A stretch of DNA of 64,000 nucleotides from Gammaproteobacteria bacterium (GTDB lineage Bacteria; Pseudomonadota; Gammaproteobacteria; Steroidobacterales; Rariloculaceae): NCBI GenBank assembly GCA_050485685.1, contig JBJHBW010000007.1, forward strand, positions 5,950 to 69,949, read 5' to 3'. The stretch's first letter is position 1. Each line of letters starts with the position of its first letter. The notes under the pieces were generated by a model. The model was given only the letters and a program-made list of their open reading frames with translations. It did no database searches and was not told the origin of the DNA. Positions 50,501 to 64,000 of the stretch are shown here, piece after piece. The position numbers and the translations under genes were made by a program.

Positions 50501-51790
50501 GTGCAGCGTCGGGGCGCGGTTCAGCATCACCGGATGCTCGCGGATCACCTGTTCCAGGATATCCCAGACTTCAGGCCCCTCGCGCTCGACCAGTCGTTTG
50601 GCCGCCTTGATGGTCGTTGCCAGACCGCGCAATTGAAGCTTTGAAAAGATGAACGGCTTGAACAGCTCCAGCGCCAGCTTCTTCGGCAGACCGCACTGGT
50701 GCAGTTTCAGCGTCGGACCGACCACAATCACGGAGCGGCCGGAGTAGTCCACGCGCTTGCCGAGCAGGTTCTGACGGAACCGGCCCTGTTTGCCCTTGAT
50801 CATGTCGGCCAGCGACTTCAGCGGCCGCTTGTTGGTGCCGGTGATCGCACGGCCACGACGGCCGTTATCGAGCAGCGCATCCACCGACTCCTGCAGCATG
50901 CGCTTCTCATTGCGCACGATGATATCCGGAGCATTCAGCTCCAGCAGGCGACGCAGACGGTTGTTACGGTTGATGACGCGACGGTACAGGTCGTTCAGAT
51001 CCGACGTCGCGAACCTGCCGCCATCCAGCGGCACCAGCGGACGCAGATCCGGCGGCAGCACGGGCAGCACCGTCATGATCATCCACTCGGGACGGTTCGA
51101 CGACTCCTGGAACGACTCCAGCAGCTTCAGACGCTTGGACAGGCGCTTGATCTTGGTTTCGGAGTTGGTGCCCTCGATCTCGCCGCGCACCTTATTGATC
51201 TCGGTGTCCAGATCGAGCGAATTGAGCAGGTCACGAACGGCTTCGGCGCCCATACGCGCGTCGAACTCGTCACCGTACTGCTCGATCGCCTCAAGGTAGC
51301 CTTCGTCGCTCAGCAGCTGACCGCGCTCCAGCGGTGTCATGCCGGGCTCGACGACGACGAACGCCTCGAAGTACAGAATGCGCTCGATTTCGCGCAGCGT
51401 CATGTCCAGCATCAGGCCGATGCGCGACGGCAGCGACTTCAGGAACCAGATGTGCGCGACAGGGCTGGCCAGTTCGATATGGCCCATGCGCTCGCGGCGC
51501 ACCTTGGTCTGCGTCACCTCTACGCCGCACTTCTCACAGACAACGCCGCGGTGTTTGAGACGCTTGTACTTGCCGCAAAGGCATTCGTAGTCCTTGATCG
51601 GGCCGAAGATCTTGGCGCAGAACAACCCATCCCGCTCCGGCTTGAACGTGCGGTAATTGATCGTCTCCGGCTTCTTCACCTCACCGTAGGACCACGACCT
51701 GATCATGTCAGGCGATGCCAGTCCTATGCGAATGAGGTCGAAATCCTCGACGACGTTCTGCTGCTTGAAAAGCTTCAGTAGATCTTTCAT
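47534..51790 (-). CDS. rpoC: DNA-directed RNA polymerase subunit beta'
   Basis: 1418 aa; Zn-finger [20 protein letters not shown]; catalytic NADFDGDQM; acidic low-complexity C-terminal tail (...[24 protein letters not shown]). Confidence 0.99.
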   Translation of the reverse strand: MKDLLKLFKQQNVVEDFDLIRIGLASPDMIRSWSYGEVKKPETINYRTFKPERDGLFCAKIFGPIKDYECLCGKYKRLKHRGVVCEKCGVEVTQTKVRRERMGHIELASPVAHIWFLKSLPSRIGLMLDMTLREIERILYFEAFVVVEPGMTPLERGQLLSDEGYLEAIEQYGDEFDARMGAEAVRDLLNSLDLDTEINKVRGEIEGTNSETKIKRLSKRLKLLESFQESSNRPEWMIMTVLPVLPPDLRPLVPLDGGRFATSDLNDLYRRVINRNNRLRRLLELNAPDIIVRNEKRMLQESVDALLDNGRRGRAITGTNKRPLKSLADMIKGKQGRFRQNLLGKRVDYSGRSVIVVGPTLKLHQCGLPKKLALELFKPFIFSKLQLRGLATTIKAAKRLVEREGPEVWDILEQVIREHPVMLNRAPTLHRLGIQAFEPVLIEGKAIQLHPLVCTAFNADFDGDQMAVHVPLSLEAQLEARALMMSSNNILSPANGDPIIVPSQDVVLGIYYMTREKINARGEGMLFADVDEVHRAYESGTVDLHARIRVRVNDHDEEGKPRAQLVKTTVGRALLLEVMPKGLSFDLINKAMNKRAISGVINACYRQLGLKETVVFADQLMYTGFHYATRSGVSFGADDMVVPEEKAQILQLAEEEVKDIQDQYSAGLVTDGERYNKVVDIWSRTNDQVAKAMMEKLGVEPVADSEGKTAMQESFNSIYMMADSGARGSAAQIRQLAGMRGLMAKPDGSIIETPITANFREGLDVLQYFISTHGARKGLADTALKTANSGYLTRRLVDVAQDLVVTGDDCGTRDGLLMKPLVEGGDIVEPLKERVLGRVAAVDVLAPGSDEPIVAAGELLDEKAVRTLEMYSIDQVLVRSPITCETQWGVCAQCYGRDLARGDRVNTGEAVGVIAAQSIGEPGTQLTMRTFHIGGAASRSAAVNSVEVKSAGTIRVHNLKTVKHEKKGHLVAVSRSGELAVADEFGRERERYKVPYGAVLTVTDGEAVEAGQLIANWDPHTHPVVTEVSGYLRFEDFVDGVTVATQVDEITGLTSIVVLDAAQRGTSDYRPTAKLVDDKGQPISFPNTDIPAAYALPGGAVISMENGARVVVGDVIARLPQESSKTRDITGGLPRVADLFEARRPKDPAILAEFSGTVSFGKETKGKRRLIITNEDGEQYEELIPKWRHLNVFEGETVVRGEMIADGEPNPHDILRLQGVERLADYLVREIQDVYRLQGVKINDKHIEVIIRQMLRKIEIVDPGDTRFLRGEQADKARVIELNREIERRKDGRPAVYDPVLLGITKASLATESFISAASFQETTRVLTEASVRGLRDDLRGLKENVIVGRLIPAGTGYAYHEERRRTQEDILSAELKELDAGRPQADEALIEADAGSDAAADGSEGAGDGDGGSEAAD

Positions 51791-51848
51791 TTGGCTACAC
51801 CTGCCACAATGTTGTTCCGTAATGCACCGGTCACGTTCAGCCTGGCGT

Positions 51849-55931
<4,083 letters not shown>

Positions 55932-56040
55932 AGCCTGATACTCCGGACTGGCGTAGGTCAGTCAGTTCGCAACACTGGAAAGCAAAAAGCCGCGCGCACG
56001 GCCACGCGGCCGCGCCTTACGCGACGAAAAACAGGCGCCG

Positions 56041-56066
56041 CAGCCCGTCCGTTCCCGGACGGGCTG
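56041..56066 (-). promoter_or_regulatory. stable hairpin in the rplL-rpoB spacer (possible attenuator or processing site)
   Basis: CAGCCCGTCCG (56041-56051) pairs with CGGACGGGCTG (56056-56066): an 11-bp perfect stem with a 4-nt loop. A T5 run follows 11 nt later on the minus strand. A second, weaker GC hairpin plus T5 lies at 55984-56010. In E. coli this spacer is the known site of a partial terminator. Confidence 0.35.
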
Positions 56067-56094
56067 ACGACGCGATTGGATGAAAGGCGTCCCG

Positions 56095-56475
56095 TCACTT
56101 GATCTGGACGCTGGCTCCCGCCTCTTCGAGCTGCTTCTTGAAGTCTTCAGCTTCACCCTTGCTGACGCCTTCCTTGACCGTGCTCGGCACGCCCTCGACG
56201 AGGTCCTTGGCTTCCTTGAGGCCAAGCCCCGTAATGGCGCGCACGACCTTGATGACAGCGACCTTGTTTTCGCCGAAGGTGCTCATGACCACGTCGAACT
56301 CGGTCTGCTCTTCAGCAGCGGCGGCCTCGGCGCCGCCACCGGCTGCCGCAGCTACCGCCACCGGCGCCGCTGCCGACACGCCCCACTTCTCTTCCAGCGC
56401 CTTGACGAGATCAACGATCTCGATGATCGGCTTGGCGCTCAGCGCCTCGATCAGCTCTTCATTGGACAATGCCAT
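56095..56475 (-). CDS. rplL: 50S ribosomal protein L7/L12
   Basis: [33 protein letters not shown]..., Ala-rich hinge, 126 aa. Confidence 0.98.
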   Translation of the reverse strand: MALSNEELIEALSAKPIIEIVDLVKALEEKWGVSAAAPVAVAAAAGGGAEAAAAEEQTEFDVVMSTFGENKVAVIKVVRAITGLGLKEAKDLVEGVPSTVKEGVSKGEAEDFKKQLEEAGASVQIK

Positions 56476-56532
56476 GATGGATCTCCTGAAAAAATATCGT
56501 TACCTGTTGGGAAAGTGCTATCAAAACCGTCT

Positions 56533-57054
56533 CTAGGCAGCCTGCTCCGAACGCGCCTGCAGCGTACGTGCCACCATCGCGCCGGGTTCGGCCAGCGTGC
56601 GCACCAGCTGGCTCATCGGTGCCATCAGTGTTCCGAGCAGCATTGCACGGGCCTCTTCCAGCGTTGGCAGCGAAGCAAGTCGGTCGAGTTCACGTGCCTC
56701 GTAGACTTCACCACCTATGGAAAGGGCTACCGTAACCAGCTTGTCATTCTCTTTCGCAAAGGCCTTGACCACGCGTGCCGCGGCACCGGGGTCTTCGCGA
56801 GAGAAAGCCAGAACCAAGGGTCCAACGAGCCTGTCCGTCATGCACTCGAAGTCGGTTCCCTCCACCGCCCGACGCGCGAGGGTGTTACGAACGACTCTGA
56901 GGTAGACGCCAGCGTTGCGGGCCGCAACCCGAAGCTCGGTCATCTGCGCAACGGTCAGTCCGCGGTATTCCGCTGCCACGACCGACAATGCGGTCTGGGC
57001 GACGGAATTGACCTCGGCGACCAGCGCTTTTTTCGCTTCCAAGTTCAGCGCCAT
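56533..57054 (-). CDS. rplJ: 50S ribosomal protein L10
   Basis: [42 protein letters not shown]..., 173 aa. Confidence 0.97.
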   Translation of the reverse strand: MALNLEAKKALVAEVNSVAQTALSVVAAEYRGLTVAQMTELRVAARNAGVYLRVVRNTLARRAVEGTDFECMTDRLVGPLVLAFSREDPGAAARVVKAFAKENDKLVTVALSIGGEVYEARELDRLASLPTLEEARAMLLGTLMAPMSQLVRTLAEPGAMVARTLQARSEQAA

Positions 57055-57346
57055 GCTCTATCTCCTGGTAGAGACAACGGCCTGCCCCTCGCGGAACAGA
57101 CCACCTGCCGCAATCCGGTCCATTTCGGATCGTGGCCTGATTGACAGTGCGACCTCCACCAGGCAGGGGCCAAGTCAGGTAACACCATCTGCGCAGGCGG
57201 TCATGCCATTAACCCCTGACGGGGGCCTGCGGTCTTCGATGCGGAACGACTATCTGCCGTCCCGTTTGCCCTGCCCATCCATGGGCGGAGCAGTCAAAAA
57301 GTCGGGCGCCGCGCGATCAGCCGCTTAGGCCGAACGGCGGGCCACG
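57055..57346 (-). promoter_or_regulatory. 292-nt rplA-rplJ spacer, the expected location of the L10 (rplJ) autoregulatory leader
   Basis: A long untranslated GC-rich spacer at the position where proteobacteria carry the L10(L12)4-binding leader and the rplJ promoter. I did not fold it or match it to a covariance model. Confidence 0.3.
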
Positions 57347-58048
57347 TCAGGCCGCGGACTCTATGCTCGTCTGATCGACGATCAGCCCGGGACCCATGGT
57401 TGTCGAAATCGACACCTTCTTCAGATATACGCCCTTGGCCGCGCTGGGCTTGGCCTTGTTCAGGTCGGCGATCAGCGTGGCCAGATTCTGCTTCAGGGCC
57501 GGCACCTCGAAACTGACGTCACCGATGCGGCAATGCACGGTGCCGGCGCGGTCGGTGCGATAGCGCACCTGGCCCGCCTTGGCGTTGCGTACGGCGCCTG
57601 CGACGTCCGGGGTGACCGTGCCGACCTTCGGGTTCGGCATCAGACCACGGGGGCCGAGAATCTGCCCCAGCTTGCCGACCACGCGCATTGCGTCAGGACT
57701 CGCGATCACGACATCAAAGTCGAGCTGCCCGCCCTGAATGCTTTCGGCGAGATCGTCCATACCAACGATTTCCGCACCGGCTTCCTTCGCGGCATCGGCG
57801 TTAGCGCCCTGCGCGAACACCGCGACGCGCACCTTCTTGCCTGTACCGTGGGGCAATACCGTGGAGCCGCGAACCACCTGGTCGGACTTCTTCGGGTCCA
57901 CACCCAGATTCACGGCCACATCCACAGCCTCAGTGAACTTCGCACGAGCGAGATCCTTCAGCAGCGCAAAAGCCTCTTCGGCCGAATAGACCTTGCCCTG
58001 CTCGATACGTTCCAGTATTGCCTTGCGGGCTTTGCTGACGCGTGCCAC
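57347..58048 (-). CDS. rplA: 50S ribosomal protein L1
   Basis: [27 protein letters not shown]..., 233 aa. Confidence 0.97.
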   Translation of the reverse strand: MARVSKARKAILERIEQGKVYSAEEAFALLKDLARAKFTEAVDVAVNLGVDPKKSDQVVRGSTVLPHGTGKKVRVAVFAQGANADAAKEAGAEIVGMDDLAESIQGGQLDFDVVIASPDAMRVVGKLGQILGPRGLMPNPKVGTVTPDVAGAVRNAKAGQVRYRTDRAGTVHCRIGDVSFEVPALKQNLATLIADLNKAKPSAAKGVYLKKVSISTTMGPGLIVDQTSIESAA

Positions 58049-58049
58049 T

Positions 58050-58481
58050 TCAAAGACCCTCCACTTCCAGACCCATGCTGCGCGCGCTGCCGGCGATGGT
58101 ACGCACGGCGGCTTCCAGATCCGCGGCGTTGAGATCGGGCTCTTTCAGCTTTGCGATCTCCTCGATCTGCTCGCGGGTCACCTTGCCAACCTTCTTTGTG
58201 TTCGGCGTGCCGCTGCCGGATTTGATACCGGCGGCCTTCTTCAGCAGCACCGCTGCCGGCGGCGTCTTGGTCACGAACGTGAAGCTGCGGTCGCTGTAGA
58301 CCGAGATCACGACCGGGATCGGCATGCCCTGTTCCATGTTCTGCGTGGCCGCATTGAAGGCCTTGCAGAACTCCATAATGTTCACACCGTGCTGACCCAG
58401 CGCAGGCCCGACCGGCGGGCTGGGATTGGCCTGCCCTGCGGCCACCTGCAGCTTGATATAGGTTTCGATCTTTCTTGCCAT
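58050..58481 (-). CDS. rplK: 50S ribosomal protein L11
   Basis: [43 protein letters not shown]..., 143 aa. Confidence 0.98.
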   Translation of the reverse strand: MARKIETYIKLQVAAGQANPSPPVGPALGQHGVNIMEFCKAFNAATQNMEQGMPIPVVISVYSDRSFTFVTKTPPAAVLLKKAAGIKSGSGTPNTKKVGKVTREQIEEIAKLKEPDLNAADLEAAVRTIAGSARSMGLEVEGL

Positions 58482-58498
58482 TGCCTAATCCCGCGCGC

Positions 58499-59032
58499 TC
58501 ACGCCTTTTCCACTTGACTGAAATCGAGTTCTACCGGGGTTGCACGCCCAAGAATCTGGACCGCAACCCGCACCTTGCTCTTGTCGTAATTGACCTGTTC
58601 GACAACGCCGTTGAAATCGTTGAACGGTCCATCGGTGACCCGAACGACCTCACCCGGCTCGAACAGCACCTTGGGCCGCGGCTTGTCCGCACCTTCCTGA
58701 ACCCGATTCAGGATGGCATTGGCCTCGGCATCGCTGATCGGTGTCGGCCGGTCGCTGCTTCCGCCGATGAAGCCCAGCACTTTCGGCACTTCCTTGACCA
58801 GATGCCAGGTCTCGTCGTCCATCTCCATCTGCACGAGCACGTAACCGGGAAAGAACTTGCGTTCGCTCCGGCGCCGCTGCCCCTCGCGCATCTCGACGAC
58901 TTCCTCTGTGGGCACCAGAATCTCGCCGAACTTGTCCTCCAGGCCGTAGCGCTTGATGCGCTCCTGCAAGGAGGTTTTCACCTTCTGCTCGAAGTTCGAG
59001 TAGGCATGCACGACATACCACTGCAATGCCAT
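58499..59032 (-). CDS. nusG: transcription termination/antitermination factor NusG
   Basis: I start at Met 59032 ([26 protein letters not shown]...), 177 aa; C-terminal KOW ([24 protein letters not shown]). Confidence 0.96.
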   Translation of the reverse strand: MALQWYVVHAYSNFEQKVKTSLQERIKRYGLEDKFGEILVPTEEVVEMREGQRRRSERKFFPGYVLVQMEMDDETWHLVKEVPKVLGFIGGSSDRPTPISDAEANAILNRVQEGADKPRPKVLFEPGEVVRVTDGPFNDFNGVVEQVNYDKSKVRVAVQILGRATPVELDFSQVEKA

Positions 59033-59037
59033 GAGTG

Positions 59038-59415
59038 TCAGGCCCCCTGCCCGGTAACAAGTCGCGTGAACCAAAGCAGGAACAGGTCGAGCAGCCAGAA
59101 GAACACGCCCATCAGGGCCGCGAATATCAGTACCGCGACCGTGGTCTGTATCGTGTCTTCGCGCGTCGGCCATACCACCTTGCGCATTTCGATGCGTGAC
59201 GCCTGAATGAAACGCCACAATGTCTGACCCTGCGCCGCCTGAAGCGCGACCCAGGCTGCCAGCCCGAACGAGGCCAGAAGTCCCAGCGCCCGCAATACCA
59301 CCGGAACTTCCGGAAACGAGGTATAGCCATAGACGCCGGCGAATACGATGCCGCCGGCGAGCACGAGCTTCACCGTATCCAGTACAGTGGGTTCTGTTTC
59401 TGCCTTGGTATCCAT
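59038..59415 (-). CDS. secE: preprotein translocase subunit SecE
   Basis: I start at Met 59415 ([22 protein letters not shown]...). The C-terminal conserved part is [30 protein letters not shown]. The ORF-track extension runs into tRNA-Trp. Confidence 0.93.
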   Translation of the reverse strand: MDTKAETEPTVLDTVKLVLAGGIVFAGVYGYTSFPEVPVVLRALGLLASFGLAAWVALQAAQGQTLWRFIQASRIEMRKVVWPTREDTIQTTVAVLIFAALMGVFFWLLDLFLLWFTRLVTGQGA

Positions 59416-59484
59416 AATTACCTGGACCCGGTCCAATCGGCGGACGCCGGAAGCCTTAAAGGCTCCGGCGTCCGCCTTCCGGTG

Positions 59485-59560
<76 letters not shown>

Positions 59561-59576
59561 CTGACTGTATAAAGCG

Positions 59577-60767
<1,191 letters not shown>

Positions 60768-60896
60768 AGGAACTACTCCTGCCGGGACCCGCTACCGGCT
60801 CATCCGGTGCTGCTGGCTGCGCGGGTCGCGCGTTTGTTGCTGTCAATTATTCTGTTTCAATCCAATCCGGCATCAGAATCAACTGACCCGAACAAC

Positions 60897-60972
<76 letters not shown>

Positions 60973-61076
60973 GGGAAGCCGTTGGCCGTGGCTCCGAGCA
61001 CTGCTCCGGGCATAGCGCCAGGAGATCCCCTGTTGAAATCTCGCTGTCATCCTCTGCACGTCAGATTCCAATTGTC

Positions 61077-61150
61077 TGGAGCGGGTGAGCGGAATCGAAC
61101 CGCCATCATCAGCTTGGAAGGCTGAGGTTCTACCGTTGAACTACACCCGC
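61077..61150 (-). tRNA. tRNA-Gly (anticodon TCC), CCA end encoded
   Basis: Reverse complement: GCGGGTG-TA-GTTC-AACGGTA-GAAC-C-TCAGC-CTTCCAA-GCTGA-TGAT-GGCGG-TTCGATT-CCGCT-CACCCGC-T-CCA. Confidence 0.93.
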
Positions 61151-61194
61151 CTTCTTCCAAGCCCCCTGCAGTAAACCCGGAACCCCGTCCTAAG

Positions 61195-61279
61195 TGGTGG
61201 AGGGGGTAGGATTCGAACCTACGAAGGCATAGCCAGCAGATTTACAGTCTGCCCCCGTTGACCGCTTGGGTACCCCTCC
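61195..61279 (-). tRNA. tRNA-Tyr (anticodon GTA), long variable arm, CCA end encoded
   Basis: The reverse complement is GGAGGGGTACCCAAGCGGTCAACGGGGGCAGACTGTAAATCTGCTGGCTATGCCTTCGTAGGTTCGAATCCTACCCCCTCCACCA, 85 nt, with the anticodon loop CTGTAAA. Confidence 0.92.
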
Positions 61280-61296
61280 GCGGACATAAGCGGGCT

Positions 61297-61325
61297 ATTG
61301 TCTGGCCTGACAAAATGGCTGTCAA
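61297..61325 (-). promoter_or_regulatory. candidate promoter of the tRNA-Tyr/Gly/Thr-tuf operon with a GC-rich discriminator
   Basis: The minus strand reads a perfect TTGACA (61325-61320), a 17-nt spacer and GACAAT (61302-61297). A GC-rich AGCCCGC follows before the tRNA-Tyr 5' end at 61279. A GC-rich discriminator is a hallmark of stringently controlled stable-RNA promoters. Confidence 0.5.
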
Positions 61326-61594
61326 CAGCAATTGATCCCGCAGCGGGACGCGATTGTGAGGGCATGGCGCTGCGCGCGCAACATAATCATGCCAAACCCC
61401 CGGATTGCGGCACACGGGTGCACGCGCAGCCCGGATGCGTGCGCGGAGCAACCCCCGGTAACTGGCGGGCGCGATCAGCACGGCGACCCGTACGCACGTC
61501 TGCTGCGCGAACGCAAGCCTTGATTTTGGCGTCCGCACGGGCATGCTTGCCCGTCGTTACAGTTGTCGGATTCACCCGCAAGAGGTGCTGGCAG

Positions 61595-61870
61595 ATGGAC
61601 AGACGTCTGCTGGAGAGAAATAAAGTATCGACCACGGTCTACCTGTCGGTGCCAGGGGGCCGGTTCTTTCGTTGTCGGGCGAGAAATCTGTCGGCCATGG
61701 GCGTGTTTCTCGAAATCAAGGCCCTGGGGCTGCCGGCAGGTACCGTGGTCAATCTCGTGTTCGCAGTGAATCTGGGACAGGTTGTGCGTCTGCACCGGCG
61801 CAGAGCTGTGCTTGCGCACGTGACGGATAACGGCGCAGGGCTGATGATGCAGACACGTTCCGGCGCCTGA
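61595..61870 (+). CDS. stand-alone PilZ-domain protein (putative c-di-GMP receptor), 91 aa
   Basis: Within ORF 61298..61870 I start at ATG 61595 (MDRRLLERNKVST...). It has an RxxxR motif (RLLER) and a (D/N)xSxxG motif (NLSAMG) at PilZ-typical spacing. The upstream ORF part overlaps the tRNA promoter region. Confidence 0.65.
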   Translation: MDRRLLERNKVSTTVYLSVPGGRFFRCRARNLSAMGVFLEIKALGLPAGTVVNLVFAVNLGQVVRLHRRRAVLAHVTDNGAGLMMQTRSGA

Positions 61871-62017
61871 CGGCTCTGCACAAGCAGAAGCCGGACAATT
61901 CCCGACCTGCCCGCGCATCCTGAATGCCGGGCCGTGGGACTTTCCCCCAACTGGCCGTTCGTCGGCATTGGCGTACAATGCGCAGCCTGACGACTCTGAC
62001 CCATCCCGACCACAGAC

Positions 62018-63940
62018 ATGCCCGCAATTACACTTCCCGACGGTTCGACCCGAACCTTTGATGGTCCTGTTGACGGCCTGACGATTGCCCGTGACATAGG
62101 TTCGCGCCTGGAGAAGGCCGCCGTTGCACTCCGGGTCAACGGCAACCTGTGCGACCTCACCGTGCCGCTGTCTGAAGATGCCAGCGTGGAGATCGTCACT
62201 CGGGACTCTGCGGAGGGACTGGAACTGCTGCGTCACGACGCGGCCCATGTCATGGCCGAGGCAGTCAAGGAGCTGTATCCGGAAACCCAGGTCACCATAG
62301 GGCCTGCCATCGAGAACGGGTTCTACTACGACTTTGCGCGCGAGCAGCCGTTTACGCCCGAGGATCTGGAGCTTATAGAGCAGCGCATGCGCGAGATCGT
62401 CTCCCGCGATGAGCCGGTTGTGCGCGAGGTATGGGACCGGGACGCGGCGGTTGCCTTCTTTCGCGATCAGGGCGAGCACTACAAGGCCGAGATCATCGCG
62501 GCCATTCCGGCCGAAGAAGCGATCACGATTTATCGTCAGGGCGAGTTCCTCGATCTGTGCCGGGGACCGCACCTGCCGTCCACCGGCCGGCTCGGTCAGG
62601 CATTCAAGCTCACCAAGCTTGCAGGCGCTTACTGGCGCGGCGACTCGCGCAACCCCATGCTGCAGCGCATATACGGGACCGCGTGGGCCGATAGCAAACA
62701 GCTCAACGCCTATCTGGAACGCCTTGCCGAGGCCGAACGACGCGACCATCGCAAGCTGGGCCGGCAGATGGACCTGTTTCATTTTCAGGACGAGGCGGTG
62801 GGCGCCGCGTTCTGGCATCCGCGCGGATGGACGCTGTTCAACACCCTGGTCAGCTATCTGCGCAAGCGCCAGCAGGCGGCCGGCTACCGGGAAATCAACA
62901 CGCCCGAACTGATGGACCGGTCGCTGTGGGAAGCCTCCGGACACTGGCAGACCTTCGGCGAACATATGTTCACGAGTCGGACCGAGGATGATCGGGTGTT
63001 CGCGATCAAGCCCATGAACTGCCCGGGCCACGTACAGATCTACAACAGTGCGTTGCGCAGCTATCGCGAACTGCCGCTGCGCCTGGCCGAGTTCGGCAAG
63101 GTGCATCGCTACGAGCCGTCCGGCGCGCTGCACGGGCTGATGCGTGTGCGCGCGTTCACTCAGGACGATGCGCATATTTTCTGTACCGAAGCACAGATCA
63201 CCGACGAGACGCGCAAGGTGTGCGATCTGCTGCTGGGCATCTATCGCGATCTGGGCTTCGACGATGTGATCGTGAAGTTCGCCGACAGACCCGAGAAGCG
63301 TATCGGCGACGACGAAGTCTGGGACCGCGCCGAGGGCGCGCTGATCCGGGCCATGGATGCACTGGACCTGGATTACGAACACAACAGGGGCGAAGGTGCG
63401 TTCTACGGCCCGAAGATCGAGTTCGTGCTGCGCGACGCGATAGGTCGCGACTGGCAGTGCGGAACGCTGCAGGTCGACTTCAATCTTCCCGTGCGGCTGG
63501 GCGCAGGCTATATCGGCGAGGATGGCGACAAACACACCCCGGTGCTGCTGCACAGGGCCATCTTCGGTTCCCTGGAGCGGTTCATCGGCATACTGCTGGA
63601 GCACCACGCCGGAGCGCTGCCGTTGTGGCTGGCGCCACTTCAGGTGGTGGTCGCCACGATCACATCGGATGGCGACGAATATGCAGTCAGGGTATGCGAA
63701 CAGCTGAATGCCGCAGGTCTGCGTGCGGAGACCGACCTGCGCAACGAAAAGATCAACTACAAGGTCCGCGAACACAGTCTCGCCAAAGTCCCGGTCATCA
63801 TTGCCGCAGGGAAGCGCGAGGTTGCGGAGCAGACCGTGTCCATCCGCCGCCTGGGTGAACAGGGCCAGCAGCTTCTGTCACTCGACGACGCGATCGCGCA
63901 ACTGGGCGCAGAGGCAGGCGACGCCGGGCGGGCCCCGTGA
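62018..63940 (+). CDS. thrS: threonine--tRNA ligase
   Basis: 640 aa: [18 protein letters not shown]... (TGS domain), an editing domain, and the class II core (...FRHPRGW-like [33 protein letters not shown]). Confidence 0.97.
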   Translation: MPAITLPDGSTRTFDGPVDGLTIARDIGSRLEKAAVALRVNGNLCDLTVPLSEDASVEIVTRDSAEGLELLRHDAAHVMAEAVKELYPETQVTIGPAIENGFYYDFAREQPFTPEDLELIEQRMREIVSRDEPVVREVWDRDAAVAFFRDQGEHYKAEIIAAIPAEEAITIYRQGEFLDLCRGPHLPSTGRLGQAFKLTKLAGAYWRGDSRNPMLQRIYGTAWADSKQLNAYLERLAEAERRDHRKLGRQMDLFHFQDEAVGAAFWHPRGWTLFNTLVSYLRKRQQAAGYREINTPELMDRSLWEASGHWQTFGEHMFTSRTEDDRVFAIKPMNCPGHVQIYNSALRSYRELPLRLAEFGKVHRYEPSGALHGLMRVRAFTQDDAHIFCTEAQITDETRKVCDLLLGIYRDLGFDDVIVKFADRPEKRIGDDEVWDRAEGALIRAMDALDLDYEHNRGEGAFYGPKIEFVLRDAIGRDWQCGTLQVDFNLPVRLGAGYIGEDGDKHTPVLLHRAIFGSLERFIGILLEHHAGALPLWLAPLQVVVATITSDGDEYAVRVCEQLNAAGLRAETDLRNEKINYKVREHSLAKVPVIIAAGKREVAEQTVSIRRLGEQGQQLLSLDDAIAQLGAEAGDAGRAP

Positions 63941-64000
63941 ATGCGGCTGGTCAGCTTCGAACTTGGCGCTCGGGCAAGCTGGGGGCTGGCCACTGACAAC
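63941..64000 (+). CDS. partial ORF (5' end only), possibly a fumarylacetoacetate-hydrolase-family protein
   Basis: The ATG comes immediately after the thrS TGA and reads MRLVSFELGARASWGLATDN..., which resembles the N-termini of FAH-family hydratases/isomerases. Only 20 codons are visible. It is not IF-3. Confidence 0.3.
   Translation, partial: MRLVSFELGARASWGLATDN

Noticed and set aside
61475-63775. 766-aa minus-strand ORF antisense to thrS
   Set aside because: This is a shadow ORF typical of GC-rich DNA. Its translation is Arg/Gly/Ala/His-rich with no recognisable domain, while the plus strand encodes an unmistakable ThrRS.

Overview
GC-rich proteobacterial (gammaproteobacterium-like) chromosomal segment with no rRNA genes, CRISPR arrays, transposases or integrases. 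The left part (1-28.9 kb) holds mixed-function genes: exbD-exbD-tonB-like; an SDR; a possible PD-(D/E)XK-fold orphan; a secreted metallophosphoesterase; a secreted ankyrin protein; a TetR-MFP-RND efflux operon ending in a small beta-barrel gene; a tautomerase-like gene; split PhoU and Na/Pi-cotransporter genes; DAHP synthase; a CPBP protease; trpS; a GGT-family protein; an ICMT-like methyltransferase; and an atypical kinase. The right part (28.9-61.3 kb, all on the minus strand) is the contiguous translation and transcription core. Its transcription order is tRNA-Tyr/Gly/Thr, tuf, tRNA-Trp, secE, nusG, rplKAJL, rpoBC, rpsLG, fusA, tuf, then the S10/spc/alpha ribosomal operons ending at rplQ. 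A PilZ gene, thrS and a partial ORF follow on the plus strand. The most interesting locus is 16.3-22.4 kb. There, a decahaem cytochrome and MtrB/PioB-type porin pair is followed on the same strand by a NOX/FRE-type NAD(P)H flavocytochrome b, a membrane-anchored cytochrome b5, a methyltransferase and a DUF1622 protein, with no CymA/NapC-type partner nearby. This could be an undescribed route carrying electrons from cytoplasmic NAD(P)H to the cell surface. Other notable items: a Phe/Tyr/Trp-rich leader peptide with terminator and antiterminator upstream of DAHP synthase; a 296-nt spacer with a near-consensus promoter between rpsJ and rplC; a 116-nt GTAG-ended palindrome between tuf and rpsJ; and two tuf copies identical over about 1.18 kb with different start codons. 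All calls come from reading the sequence and ORF translations by eye; no database search or RNA folding was run.
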